Source: the human T2T-CHM13v2.0 reference genome, Homo sapiens. Taken from it: a DNA stretch of 64,000 nt. The notes beneath the pieces were generated by a model that ran no database searches, was not told where the DNA came from, and worked only from the letters and a program-made list of their open reading frames with translations. Positions 30,352-44,477 of the stretch are shown here, piece after piece (the first letter of the stretch is position 1; every line of letters starts with the position of its first letter). Made by a program: the position numbers and the translations under genes. The DNA is taken from assembly GCF_009914755.1 (NCBI RefSeq), contig NC_060945.1; one strand, given 5' to 3'.

Positions 30352-30904
30352 GTTTGAAGTTTCTTATAACTATAGCATTTCAAAGTTCTGACTTTGTGTT
30401 CATATATCTAACTTTGCTATCAGAAATCTAGACCAAAGAAATGGAATCTTTAGCACAGATAAATAGATGTAGTTATGTATGAATAAATATAAATCTTCTT
30501 TGAGATTGAGCATGAACAATTTCTAAGAACAACAGAACAAGTTTTAGATATATTTTCTGGTAATGCTCTTGGGTTGTGTTATTTGGTTTCAATTGCTCTA
30601 ACCACCATGACTCAGACCAGATGCTCTTAATCCTGTCTGAGATCCCAAACTTAAAAATAAATTTGGCAGCTAAAATTCTCTCTGAGTTTTCAGTAGTTGT
30701 TGGCTTTATTTTTTAGTTCAGTAATAAGCCAAAAAGAAAAATGAAGATGTAATAAATCTAGGGAAATTCACCTCTAAAAGGGCACCAACTGAGTACAGGC
30801 AGTTTACTGAAAAATTTTAAATTAACAATATACACAATAAATACATAAAAATGGACAAGTATAAGAGTATCTACTATATTTCCAATGAAAGCAGAGCATA
30901 ACTG

Positions 30905-33900
30905 CTTCCACTTATAAGTGAGAACATGTGTTGTTTGGTTTTCTGTTCCTGCATTAGTTTGCTGAGGATAATGGCTTCCAGCTTCATCCATGTCCCTGCA
31001 AGGGACATGATCTCATTTTTTATGGCTGCATAGTATTCCATAGTGTATATGTACCACATTTTCTTCATCAAGTCTATCATTAATGGATGTTTGGGCTTAT
31101 TCTGTCTTTGCTATTGTGAGTATTGCTGCAGTGAACACGTGTGCATGTATCTCTGTAATAGAATGATTTACATTCCTTTGGGTATACACTCAGTAATGGG
31201 ATTGCTGGGTCAAATTGTATTTCTGGTTCTACATCTTTGAGGAATCACCACACCATCTTCCACAATAATTAAACTAATTTACATTCCCACCAAAAGTGTA
31301 AAAGCATTCCTATTTTATGCAACGTCACCAGCATCTGTTGTTTCTTGACTTTTTAAAAATTGCCATTCTGACTGGCGTGAGATGGTATCTCATTGCGGTT
31401 TTGAATTGTGTTTCTCTAATAATCAGTGATGATTGGCTTTTTTTCGTATGTTTGTTGGCTGAATGAATGTCTTCTTTCAAGAAGTGTCTGTTCATGTCAT
31501 TTGCCCACTTTTTGATGCACTTGTTTGTTCAGATGGTTGTAGATGTTTGGTCTTATTTCTAAATTCTCTATTCTGTTCCATTGGTCTATGTGTCTGTTTT
31601 TGTACAAGTACCATGTTCTTTTGTTTACTGTAGCTTTGTAGTATAGTTTGAAGTCAGGTAGTGTGATGTCTCCCAGTTTGTTCTTTTTGCTTAGGATTAT
31701 CTTGGCTATATTAACTCTTTTTTGTTCCATAATGATTTTAAAATCGTTTCTTCTATTTCTGTGTAGAATGTCAATGCAATTTAAGGAGACTATAATTGAA
31801 TCTGTAAATTACTTTGGGCAGTATAGCCATTTTCACAATATTGATTATTCATATCTGTGAACATGGAATGTTTTTCCATTTGTTTGTGTCCTCTCTGATT
31901 TCCTTGAGCAGTGGTTTGTAGGTCTACTTAAAGAGATCTTTTACTTCCCTTGTTAGTTGTATTCCTAGGTATTTTATTCTCTTTGTAGACGTTGTGAATG
32001 GCAGTCTACATGAATGTTAATTCATGATTTGGATCTCTGCTTCTCTGTTGTTGCTGTATAGGATTGCTTGTGACTTTTGCACATTGATTTTGTATCCTGA
32101 GACTTTGCTGAAGTTGCTTATCAACTTCAGAAGCCTTTGTGCTGGGATGATGGGGTTTTCTAGATACAAGATCGTATCATCTGCAAACAAAGACAATTTG
32201 ACTTCCTCTCTTCCTATTTGAATACTCTTTCTTTCTTTCTCTTGCCTTATTGCCCTGGCTAGAACTTCCAATATGATGTTGAATAGGAGTGGTGAGAGAG
32301 GGCATTCTTGTCTTGTGTGAGTTTTCAAGGGGAATACTTCCAGTTTTTGCCCATTCAGTATGATATTGGCTGTGGGTTTGTCATATATGGCTCTTATTAT
32401 TTTGAGGTATGTTCCTTCAATACCTAGTTTATTGAGAGTTTTTAACATGAAGGGATGTTGAATTTTATTGAAGGCCTTTTCTGCATCTATTGAGAAAATT
32501 CTGTGGTTTTTGTCATTGGTTCTGTTTATGTGATGGATTACATTTATTGACTTGCATATATTGAACCAGCCTTGCATCCCAGGGATGAAGCCAACTTGAT
32601 TGTGGTGGATAAGCTTTTTGATGTGCTGCTGGATTTGGTTTGCCAATATTTTATTGAGGATTTTTGCATTGATGTTCATCAGGGATATTGGCCTGAAATT
32701 TTCTTTGTTTGTTATATTTCTGCCAGGCTTTTGTATCAGGATGATGTTGGCCTCATGAAATGAGTTAGGAAGGAGGTCCTCCTTTCTAATTGTTTTGAAT
32801 AGTTTCAGAAGAAAGGGTATCAGCTCCACTTCATATCTCTGGTAGAATTCAGCTGTAAATCCATCTGGTCCTGGGCTTTCTTTGGTTGGTAGGCTATTTA
32901 TTACTGTATCAATTTCAGAACTTGTTATTGGTCTATTCAGGGATTCAACTTCTACCTGGTTCAGTCTTGGGAGGGTATATGTGTCCAGGAATTTATCCAT
33001 TTCTTCCAGATTTTCTCATTTATTTGCATACAGGTGTTTACAGTATTCTCTGATGGTTTTTTATATTTCTTTGGGGTCAGTGATGATGTCCCCTTTATTA
33101 TTTTTCATTGTGTCTATTTGATTCTTCTCTCTTTTCTTCTTTATTAGTCTAGCTAGCAGTCTATCTATTTTATTAATTTTTTCAAAAGAAAAAAGCTCCT
33201 GGATTTATTAATTTTTGAAGGGCTTTTTGTGTCTCTATCTCCTCTAGTTCTGCTCTGAGCCTGGTTACTTCTTGTCTTCTGCTAGGTTTGGAGTTTGTTT
33301 GCTCTTGGTTCTCAAGTTCCTTCAGTTTCGATGTTAGGATGTTGACTTGAGATCTTTCTATCTTTTTTTGATGTGGGCATTTAGTGCTATAAATTTCCCC
33401 TTAACACTGCTTTAGCTGCGTCCCAGAGATTCTGGTATGTTGTGTGGCATTTTCTTGATTTCTGCCTTAATTTCATTATTGACCTGAGTCATCCAGGAGC
33501 AGGTTGTTTAATTTCCATGTAGTTGTGTGGTTTTCAGTGAGCTTTTGAGTTCTAATTTGATTGTATTGTGTCTTAGAGACTGTGTGTTATGATTTCAGTT
33601 CTTTTGCATTTGCTGAGAAATTTACTTCCAATTATATGATCAATTTCAGAGTAAATGCCATGTTCTGCTGAGAAGAATGTATATTATGTTGTTTTGTGGT
33701 GGAGAATTCTGTAGGTATATATCAGGTCCACTTGATCCAGGGCTGAGTTTAAGTCCTGAATGTATTTGTTAACTTTCTGTCTTGATGATCTGTCTAATAT
33801 TGACAGTGTGGTGTGTTAAAGTCTCCCACTACTATTGTGTGGAGTCTAAGACTCTTCGTAGGTCTCTATGAACTTGTTTCATGAATCTGGGTGCTCCTGT

Positions 33901-34838
33901 ATTGGGTGCATATATGTTTAGGATAGCTCTCCTGGTTTAATTGACCTCATTACCATTATGTAATGCTCATCTTTGTCTTTTTTGATCTTTGTTGGTTTAA
34001 AGCCTGTTTTGTCAGAAACTAGGATTGCAACTCCTATCTTTTTTCTGTTTTCCATTTGTTTGGTAAATTTTCCCCCATCCCTTTATTTTGAGTCTATATG
34101 TGTCTTTGCATTTGAGATAGGTCTCTTGAATACAGCACACTGATGGATCTTGACTTTTTATCCAGCTTGCCATCTGCACCTTTTAATTGGGGCATTTAGC
34201 TCCTTTACATTAAAAGGTTAATATTGTTATGTGTTAATTTGATTCTGTCATCAGGATGCTAGCTGGTTATTTTGCAAACTTGTTCACATACTTGCTTCAT
34301 AGCGCTATTGGTCTGTGTACTTCATTGTGTTTTTGCAGTGGCTGATAATGTTATTTTCCTTTCCATATTTAGTGCTTCCTTCAGGAACTCTTGCAAGACA
34401 GGCCTGGTGGTGACAAATTCTTTCAAAATTTGCTTGTCTGAAAAAGATCTTATTTCTCCTTCTCTTATGAAGCTCAGTTTGGCCAGATATGAAATTCTAG
34501 GTTGGAAATTATTTTATTTATGAATATTGAATATTGGACCCTAATTTCTTCTGGCTTGTAGGGTTTCCTCTGAGAGGTCTGCTGTAAGTCTGATGGGCTT
34601 CCCCTTATAGGTGACCTGGCTTTTCTCTCTGGCTGCCCTTAACATATTTTCCTTCATTTCAACCTTGGAGAATCTGACAGTTATGTGTATTGGGGTTGAT
34701 CTTCTGGTGGAGGATCTTATTGGGGGTTCTCTGGATTTCCTGAATTTGAATGCTGGCCTGTCTTGACAGGTTGGGGAAGTCCTCCTGGATGATATCTTGA
34801 AGTGTGTTTTCCAACTTGGTTCTGTTCTCCCCACCTCA
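30905..34838 (-). mobile_element. Middle-aged L1PA (part of ORF1 through ORF2 end), truncated at both ends, with internal deletion
   Basis: ORF-track peptides match ORF1 (KGKPIRLTADLS) and ORF2; deletion junction near 31528. Confidence 0.92.
32017..33000 (-). pseudogene. L1 ORF2p Z-domain/reverse-transcriptase fragment (327 aa open)
   Basis: [54 protein letters not shown]. Confidence 0.92.
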
Positions 34839-34841
34839 ATC

Positions 34842-36532
34842 TTTATTAGAAAAAAATTATGGATACACAACAGATGTATACATTTTTGGAGTACACGTGA
34901 ACGGTTTATACAAGCTTACAATGTGTAATGATCAAATCTGAGTAATTAGGATATCATTAACTTCAAACATTTATTATTTCTTTTTGTTCGGAACCTCCAA
35001 ATCATCTCTTCTTGCTATTTTGAAATATATAGTAAATTATTGTGTACTATGGTGGCCTTATTGTGCTATCAAACTTTATATCTTATTCCTTCTATCTAAC
35101 TGTATTTTTAACCAATTAACCAGCTCCTCTCCATTTTCTTCCCCACACTACCCATTCTGGCCTCTGGTAATGACCATTCTATCCACTACCTCCATGAGAT
35201 TTTTTTTTTTTTTTTTAGTTCTCACATATGAGCGAGAACATGAGATCCATACTTGGCTTATTTAACTTTACATAATATCTTTCAATATCATCTATGTTGC
35301 TTCAGATGATAGACTTTTATCCTTTTATGGCTGAATAATATTTGATTGTATGTATATGCCACGTATTCTTTATCCATTCATCTACTGGTGGACACTTAGG
35401 TTGTTACCATATCTTGGCTATTTTGAACAGTGCTATAATAAATATGGGAATGCAGATATCACCTTGTTATACAAATTTTATTTCTGTTTGATGCATACCC
35501 AGCAGTGAGCTTGCTGGACCATACAGTAGTTCTCTTTTTAGTTCTTTTGAGAAACCTCTATGTTTTTCATAGTGACTATACTAATTTTCATTTTCACTAA
35601 CAGCATACAAGTGTTCCCCCTTCTCCACACTCTCACCAGCATTTATTATTATTTGCCTTTTTGATGGTAGCCATTTTAAATGGAGTGATACGATATGTCA
35701 CTGTAGTTTTGATTTGCATTTTTCTGATGATTAATGATATTGGACAATTTTCAGATATCTGTTGGCCATTTGTGTGTAAACTTTTAAAATGTCTATTTAG
35801 ATCTTTTGCTCATTTTTAAATTGGACTATCTGTATTTTTGCTATTGAGTTGTTTGAGTTTGTCATGTACTCTGAGTATTAGCCTCTTGTGAGAAAAATAG
35901 TTTGCAAACAATTTCTTCCATTCTGTATGTTGTCTCTTCACCTTCTTGTTTGCTTTGCTGTGCAGAAGCTTTTTAGCTTGATGTAATATTGTCAATTTTT
36001 GCTTTGCTTGCCTGCACTTTTGAGGTTACGCTCAATAAATCTTCCCCTAATCAATGTCCTAAAGCATTTCTCCTGTGTTTTCTTCTAATAGTTTCACAGC
36101 TTCAGATTTTACATTTAAATCTTTAATCTATTTTGATTTAATTTTTATATACGGAGAGAGATAGGGGTCTTGTTTCATTCTTCTGGACATAATTATCCAG
36201 TTTTCCTAGGACCACTTATTGAAGAGACTCTTCTTTCCCCAAGATGTGTTCTTAGTGCCTTTGTTGAAAATGTGTTGACTGTAATGCATGGATTTATTTC
36301 TGGGCTCTCTACTTTGTTCCATTGGTCACTGTGTCTGTTTTTATGCAACTATTATGTTATTTGGATTACTATAGCTTTGTAGTGTAATTTGAAGTTAGAT
36401 AGTATGTGATGCCTCCAAGTTTGTTCTTTTTGGTCAGAATTGTGTTAGCTATTCGGAGCCTTTTAAGATTCCATATACATTCCAGGATTTTTTTTTTTCT
36501 GTGAAGAATATCATTGTTATGCTGATGGGGAT
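34842..36532 (-). mobile_element. L1MA (MA2-MA4-like) 3' portion
   Basis: acaatgtgtaatgatcaaatctgagtaattaggatatc 3' UTR followed by reverse ORF2 C-terminus. Confidence 0.85.
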
Positions 36533-36624
36533 TAGGCATTTTAAATGCATTTTTGACTTAATATTTTCAATTTGTGATGCGTTTATTGGGATATAATTCC
36601 ATGTTAGTTGAGGAGCGTATTTAC
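36533..36624. mobile_element. MER47/Tigger5 DNA-transposon terminal fragment
   Basis: ttaaatgcatttttgactta...attttcaatttgtgatgcgtttatt...gttagttgaggagc. Confidence 0.65.
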
Positions 36625-39511
36625 ATATGTGTGTATGTGTATACACACACATATAATCTCGAGTTATTTCATCAGCCTATATGTCTCTAATCTTACAGCA
36701 CATATAAATTGTTACAGATATTTTTGTTGTCCTCATGTATTTTATATACCATTCACATGCTTTTACCCATTGTCTTCAGTTAACATCTCATAGAGCACTG
36801 ATGCTGTCTCTTCATTTTTGTGTGTGTAGAACTCTGTCTTTAGTAAGTAAACATTTTTGACCAGGCACTTAAAGTTTTGATTAAACATATTAATTTATCC
36901 ATGCTCATTTCTATTTTATAGCACGTTATTAATTTAAAAATTAAGTCAACTGGGCTTTAACACTTAAAGATATCTCAACAGAAGCCAAAGGTACTAAACA
37001 TCAAAAAACAAGAAATGATTTTTTTTTGTAACATTTTAACTTATATTTTAACTTTCAGTCACAATTGGGAGACTTATGACCTTTTAGGGTTTTCCAAATC
37101 ATCTAAGAAACAGTGATTTCAAATAAGTTTCATCTGTGATCCTGCCCAGCAGAACGATGTGGGTAATTTAAAAATTACATGCCATGATCAATCTGCCAAG
37201 AGTTTCCTCTATTACATTCACTGACATTTCCACAGTGCACAGACACATTTGTAAGAGAACTTTGTACAATGAAATGAATTAGATTAATGGAAGAGAAGAG
37301 GAGTCCTAAATCCATATAGGCATATTTTGTTGAAACAATTTCTGCAAGTTCTTTTGACAGAAGGAATTCTTCTTTAAATGTCATACTGAAAACTACAAAA
37401 ACAGACTTGTCCTGATTCTGAGTATACTCACAAGAGTGTTTCACTCATCCACTCTTAGAAAACATTTAATAATCAATTGTAGTACATTAAATTCTATTTG
37501 TATGATATGAAATTTAAGAGAGATATTAGAAAAACATGCCTAATCAAACATTTATTTTATTGGTTTTAACACTACACCAAACACATTTCTATTTTACTAA
37601 TAAAAATTTTTATTCAAAGACATTTTTCTCAGATACAGGGATATGTAATTATATTACAGAAATAAGTCTGATTGATAGATTCAGAAATGTTTAAATGGAA
37701 GAAAACCAATAATCTCTCATGTAACTTGCCTGTGGTATAGAGCTAGTTATGCCAAGACTAGTTATAAGATGGTTTTATAATTTTACATTTTTATTTTATA
37801 CTATTTCTTATATTTATTTATGAAGGGATAATTCTTCTGCCTTCAGTTTAGTTTAAACCTTGTTTTGCTTATGACATATAATACAGTGTTATCTCTAAAT
37901 GATTTACTGATTTGTCTTTTTAAAAATATTTCTAACCTTTATATAAGAAACAAAAATAAATATACATGTAAAATGAAGCACTTTGAATCACATTTTTGTC
38001 ATTAATATTAGAATTATAATAATATTTAATAGTGGTTTATATGAGCTAATATGAATATTCAAAAAATGGACTGACTCATGCTACACACTCACTAATTGCT
38101 AGATCTGGACTTATTTTTTTGCTGTTGCTGTTTTATGCTGCTGTTGTTTTATCACTATTTTATTGTTGTAGTCGTTGCTGTAAAACAAAGTAATACATAA
38201 AAATAAGATGAACGTGACCTTAGATCCAGCTTAACATTTAATTATCTGACCTAAACAAATTGCTCAACTTTTGTAGGAATCAATTTCTGTCATGTATGAT
38301 ACAAAAAACCTGGAGTATATAACTTGTAACAAAATATCCTATGATAAATAACTGTATTTCCCATAGGTCATTATTTTAAAGAGTTTACTTGACAATATTT
38401 TGAAAGTTGAGTATATACCTCATGAGGTACAGGTACATATAACCTCAAATACAAAGAAAAAATACTACAAAAATAAACATTAAATAAAACATTTACTAAA
38501 AATAAAAATTACTAAATGCTGTGACAAAATTTCATCGGTGAGTATTTTCACTTGTTTGAAAATTATAGCTTCTGAATTGCATAGTTTGGTAGCCATGTTG
38601 GACAACAAAAGAATAAGCCTATTTTAGATTATCATTTTGTAACATGTTTTAATGAGACTGCCTCTCATATTTGGAAAAAAATGTAGAAAATATTTCTGGT
38701 CAATAATGTTACACTTTAATTCCTTGGAGCATACTTTGCTATTAGGTCTATATATTTACAACAGGACACAATTACAATGCCAGTTAATGCTATTACTATT
38801 TTCAAATAATATACCATTCTTCATCCATAAAATCTATTTGTGTTTTTTAGCTTTATTGAAGTATAATAATATATTAAAAAATTTCACCCATTTAACTTAT
38901 TCATGTTGATGTTTGGACATGTTTTCTGTTTTTTTTAGGTTTGGCAAAAAAACGTATTACTTTACTGAGGTATAATTTATATCCAAAAACCTTTACATTT
39001 TTAATTTATACAATTTAAATATGAATCTGAAGTTACGTATGTTCTGTATTTAAATATTACTAATTATTTGAAAACAAAAAAAGTCACAAACTTTACATAG
39101 CAAAGTTCAGCTGAACAATTTTCTTAAGAAGAAATATATATGAGTAAAAAAATCAGACAAAAAACTGCTTCTAACAATTCACATGTAGTGTATGGTGGAA
39201 AGCTCTATAGATTGTCTTCACATAAAATGCTTTAAAATTATAAAAGCCAAAATAATGTCCCTTCATTACATCACAGACTTGTATATTTCTACGTATTCCT
39301 GTATTTACTTTTCACCACCTGAATGTGCTGAAGTGTCAATATGTCATCATTATGTTTTACAAGCAAATTGGCCCTTTCAAAATCATTGGTCTCTGTGTAC
39401 TAATGACAATTATAAGTTCTTATTTTGTTTATATATCTATTTACATGTTAATAATGAGCTATGATAATATTTCTCTTTTCCCCTGTTGTATAGTAAAATA
39501 TAAACTATTTA

Positions 39512-39800
39512 GGGCCTGGTGAAGTAGCTCATGCCTGAAATCCCAGCAATTTGGGAGATCAATGAGTGGGGATTCCTTGAGCTCACGAGTTTGAGATCAG
39601 CTGGGGCAACATGGTGAAACTCCATCTTTACGAGAAAAAAAGCAAAAATTAGCTTGGTGTGGTGGTGCACACCTGTAGTCCCAGCTGCTCCAGAAGCAGA
39701 AGTGGAAGAATCCTTTGTGCCAGGGAGGAAGAGATTGTAGTGAGCCAAGATGCCTGGGTGACAGAGTGAGACCCTGTCTCAGAAAAACAAACAAACAAAA
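39512..39800 (+). mobile_element. AluJ-type
   Basis: Diverged Alu with (CAAA)n tail. Confidence 0.9.
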
Positions 39801-39835
39801 CCTAGTTAGGATTGTTTACTTTTTCCCAAGCAAAA

Positions 39836-40067
39836 TTATTTATTTATTATTTATTTATTTATTTATTTTTATAAATTTAGGGAATATAATTGCAGTTTTG
39901 TTACATAAATTTATTGTGCAGTGTTGAAGTCTGGGCTCTTAATCATCACCTGAATAGTGTACATTTTACCAATTGGGTAATTTCTCATCCCTCACCTCCT
40001 CCTACCCTTCCACCTTTCTGAGTCTCCAATGTGTATTATTCTACTCTCTGTATCCACATGTACATAG
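39836..40067 (-). mobile_element. L1PB-type 3' end with (TTTA)n tail
   Basis: gcagttttgttacat...gaagtctgggct...atcacctgaatagtgtacatt. Confidence 0.8.
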
Positions 40068-40795
40068 TAATTGGTTTATTTGAGATTATTGCTTTCTTTG
40101 CTATTACCCATGCACATTCTACATTTACCTCTTCACATCAGATAATCTCCTATTTCTATTTTATAAAAATACTGAATGTATGAAGAAATACAGGACTTTT
40201 ATCTTAGTCCAGTATTTCTCCCAAAACTGTAAACATTAAGTATACAGTCTGAATATTAAAATTAAGTAAATGGACACAGAAAGATTCTTAAAAGTTCAAT
40301 AAAGATCACATATTCAAGTAATTAACAAAGAAAAATGATTGCATACACATAAAAGCAAGTAGAATATATGTTTTAAATTTTTTGAGTTTTACTTACTCAG
40401 TTTTATATATGCTGACAGTGAAACACATAATTCCTAGTTTTCAGTAGAAAAAATAAAGAAAGAAAGGCATGTGGGAGTATGATTATTATTAGAAATTAAT
40501 ATAGCAGCTGCCATGCATACCAAGGCATTCCTCAATAATATTGTCCTCAGGTCAAGACTTGCTCTTTGTCATATGACAATACTTATTTCTTCTAGAAACA
40601 GGGGAAATATTATTGTCTTATTAGGTCATAATAGGGGTAGCAAGGCTTGTTTCAAGAAATAATATATCTAAATAACATCTTAGGAGGGAACAAATATATA
40701 AATTATTATCTTCATTGTTTACATTCTACTCTAAAGCAAGATAATTCTTTCCATTGTTTTGCAATTAGAAAAACAAAATTATTGTCAATACTTAC

Positions 40796-41095
40796 TTTTT
40801 TTTTTTTTTTTTTTGAGAGGAGTCTCACTCTCTCACCCAGGCTGGAGTGCAATGGCACAACTTTGGCTTACTGCAACCTCCGTCTCCCAGGTTCAAGCTA
40901 TTCTCCTGCCTCAGCCTTCTGAGTAGCTGGGACTACAAGCGTGCACCACTATGCCCGGCTAATTTTTCCATATTTAGTAGAGACGGGGTTTCACCATCTT
41001 GACCAGGCTGATCTCAAACTCCTGACCTCAAGCAATCTGCCCACCTCAGCCTCCCAAAGTGCTGGGATTACAGGTGTGAGCCATGGCGCCTGGCC
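40796..41095 (-). mobile_element. AluS (Sx/Sz-like)
   Basis: Reverse Alu; TSD-like tcaatactt on both sides. Confidence 0.94.
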
Positions 41096-41562
41096 ATCAA
41101 TACTTCTTAATGGGAAGAATCTATAATCAAATTGTATCAATAAAGCTTGAACCTGAATAGCTGAAACATTTTTCCTGTTTCTTTGTTACAAAACTGAATA
41201 ATGCATGAAATCAAAAGGGATCTTTTGAGTTGTTTTGAAATAATTTTGAAATACTTGTGGGTAGTATATGACAATTATTATTAGATTTAGAAGAAAACTA
41301 AAGAATGTTGAATAAACAATTAATATTTTCCTTTAAAATTTTTGAGCATTGAAATCTTTGCCATAAAAATGGAATCAAGAAACAAATTAAGATCTTAGCA
41401 AACAACCAGCACTTTCCCCTGAGATTTGGTCAAGGCTTCTCTTAAAACGCAATAATAATCAAGTGAGTAACTAGGGCAATATTTTGATTACAATTCAAAA
41501 TAAATTGTAATCATGGAAATAGACTGTTTCCTGACAGAAAATTGTTCAGAGCAGTACAGACT

Positions 41563-42079
41563 ATAATCATTACAGTTCTCTAGACAAAACAAAAAGAGAT
41601 AGATAGATATTGGAGAGAGACAGAGAGAGAAAGGGAGTTTATTATGGGAATTGACTCACACCATTATGGAGGCTGAGAAATTCCATGATATGTCACCTGC
41701 AAACTGTAGAGCCAGGAAAGTTGGTAGTATAATTTATCTGAGTCTAAAGGCCTGGTAACCTAGAAGGCTGCTGATTTAAGCCCCAGAGTCCAAGACCAGA
41801 AAACCAGGAGTTCTGATGTCTAAGGGAGGAAGAATACAAATAGCTCCAGAAGAGAGAAAAAATTCACCCTTCCCCTGCTTTTTTGTTTGATCCAGTCCCT
41901 CAGTGGACTAGGTCATGCTCCTCCACACTGATAAGGGTAGATCCTTCTTACTCAGTCCATGATTCAAATGTTAATCTCTTGTGGAAATGCCCTCACTGGG
42001 ATACCCAGAAATAATTTTTTATCAGCTGTCTGGATATCCCTTAACCCGGTTAAGTTGACATTTAAAATTAACCACTACA
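41563..42079 (-). mobile_element. MLT2B-like ERVL solo LTR
   Basis: tttattatgggaattgactcacaccattatggaggctgag...aagttgacatttaaaattaaccactaca. Confidence 0.8.
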
Positions 42080-42294
42080 GGGATGTCAGCTAAAGAACCG
42101 TATCATCTTGCCAAAAGTCCTCAAATATTAAAGCCATGGCTCTGGAATTTTCTAAGGATCTAAGGATTCAAATTTTAAAAGTATGTTTTACATATATAAA
42201 TGCTATTTACTGTAGCCAGTTTACCAAGTGAGGTCCAATGTATGATACCTTAAAATTGCATGTTTACATAGCCATAGGTATATTTCAAGGTGTA

Positions 42295-43360
42295 TGATAT
42301 AGTGTGGCTCTGTGTTCCCACCTAAATCTCATCTCAAATTGTAATCCCCAGGTGTCAAAGGAGGGGCCTAGTGGGAGGTGATTGAATCATGGGACAGTTT
42401 CCCCCATGCTGTTCTCATGTTAGTAACTGAGTTCTCACAAGACCTGGTGCTTGGCAGTTCCCCACCAACCCCACCCTCCTGCTGCCATGTAAGACATGCC
42501 TCACTTCCCCTTCACCTTCTGCCATAATTGTAAGTTCTCTGAGGCCTCCCCAGCATTGTGGAACTGTGAGTCAATTAAACCTCTTTTCTTCATAAATTAC
42601 CCAGTCTCGGGTAGTTGTTTATAGCATTACGAAAATGGACTAATACAGAAAATTGGTACCAGGAAAGTGGGGCACTGCCAAAAAGATAACTGAAAATGTA
42701 AAAGTGACTTTGGAACCGGGTAAGAGGCAGAAGTTGGAACAATTTAGAGGGCTCAGAAGAAGACAGGAAAATGTGGGAAAGTCTGGAACTTCCTAGAGAA
42801 TCGGAGGGCTCAGAAAACAGGAAGATGTGGGAAGGTTTGAAACTTCCTAGAGACTTACTACATGGCTTTGACCAAGATGCTGACAGTGATATGGACAATG
42901 CAGTCCAGGCTGAGGTGGTCTCAGATGAAAATGAGGAACTTACTGGGAACTGGAGCAAAGGTCACTCTTAACTATGTTTACACTTTGTCCCTGCCCTAGA
43001 GATCTGTGGAACTTTGAACACGAGAGAGATGATTTAGGGTATCTGGGAGAAAAAATTTTGAAGCTGCAAAGCATTCATTCAAGAAGTTCCCTGACTGTTC
43101 CTAGCAGTGTACAGTCAAATGCATTCACAAGGATGGTCTGAAATTGGAACATGTTTAAAAGGGATGCAGAGCATAAAAGTTTGGAAAGTTTGCAGCTTGA
43201 CCATGTGGTAGAAAAGAAAACCCCATTTTCTGGGGAGAAATTCAAGTTGACTGCAGAAATTTGCAGAAGTAAAGAGAAGCAGAATACAAAGACAATGGGG
43301 AAAATGCCTCCAAGGCATGACGCAGACCTGCACAGCAGCCCCTCCCATCACAGACCCACA
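42295..43360 (+). mobile_element. THE1D/MSTA LTR (42295-42647) plus truncated internal region
   Basis: tgatatagtgtggctctgtg...ggactaataca then gaaaattggtacc. Confidence 0.9.
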
Positions 43361-44067
43361 TTTTCTGTGTTATTAATACCCTATTCAAAGTTCATAAAAG
43401 CTAACTAAATCTTCTTTAATCGTCCACTTAATTCTGAAATATAATTTAGAAATAGTTGAGAGTTAGCTGTACATCTGTATACCAATCCTATATATACTTT
43501 GTATGCACTAATATATAAAGTATATGACTGTCTGTAGAGATAGATAGAATATGTAATCATTACTTGATGTTCTACTACCTGCCAGCTGGCATGACTAGCA
43601 AGAGATAGTTTTATATTACTTTTACATTTTTTATTCCAATGAGAACTTGATAATAAAGACAACCAAATAGTCATTACATAGATGCAAACAAGCATAATAA
43701 CTTCTCTAGTAATCTTTCTTTATTTTGGTGTTACAGTTTATTTTATGTACCTTCCCATAATTGTAGTCTGTTTTATATTTAATTTTTCTTCTATGCCTCT
43801 TAATTACACGAGTCTCTTGGAATACAATTTTAGTCCTATAAAAATTCTCTTCAAATTATTACCTAATAAAAGGAGGTTTGAAGTGTGTGCAGTCAGAAGA
43901 ATGTGAAGCCATAAGCAGAAGAAGGAAGTCCTATTTTTAAGTTAAAAAAGTCTATGTATTTTTGACAAATATTTCAAATTAGTTTCATCCTTGGTAATTT
44001 GGGATGTATTTATAATATCCATGGAAATATTCGTAAGTATATCACTTAAGTTACATTTTATTTTATT

Positions 44068-44477
44068 TTAGATTGGAACTAATACAATATTACCATAATC
44101 TGTTTAAGATTCCTATAAATAAATTATATTCCTATAATTTATAGGAATACTTATGGAATATAATTAATTCCTATAAATAAATTATATTCCTATAATTTAT
44201 AGGAATACTTATGGGAATATAATTTATTCCTATAAATAAATACAATAATTATTTATAGATTATTATAAATAAATTATATTTTATGTAATTTATTAAAATT
44301 ATAGAAATGTCCTATAAATAAATACAATAACATAGATTCCTATAAATAAATTATATTATATATAATTTATTAAATTCATAAGAATTTCCTATAAATAAAT
44401 ACAATAATTATTGTATTGTATTAGATTGGAACTAATACAATATTACCATAATCTGTTTAAGATTCCTATAAATAAAT
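44068..44477. repeat. AT-rich palindromic patchwork flanked by perfect 57-bp direct repeats
   Basis: 44068-44124 identical to 44421-44477; internal attcctataaataaat units and hairpins. Confidence 0.92.

Noticed and set aside
44068-44477. CRISPR-like array
   Set aside because: Primate DNA, no cas genes, and the spacers are rearranged copies of the repeat rather than unique sequence
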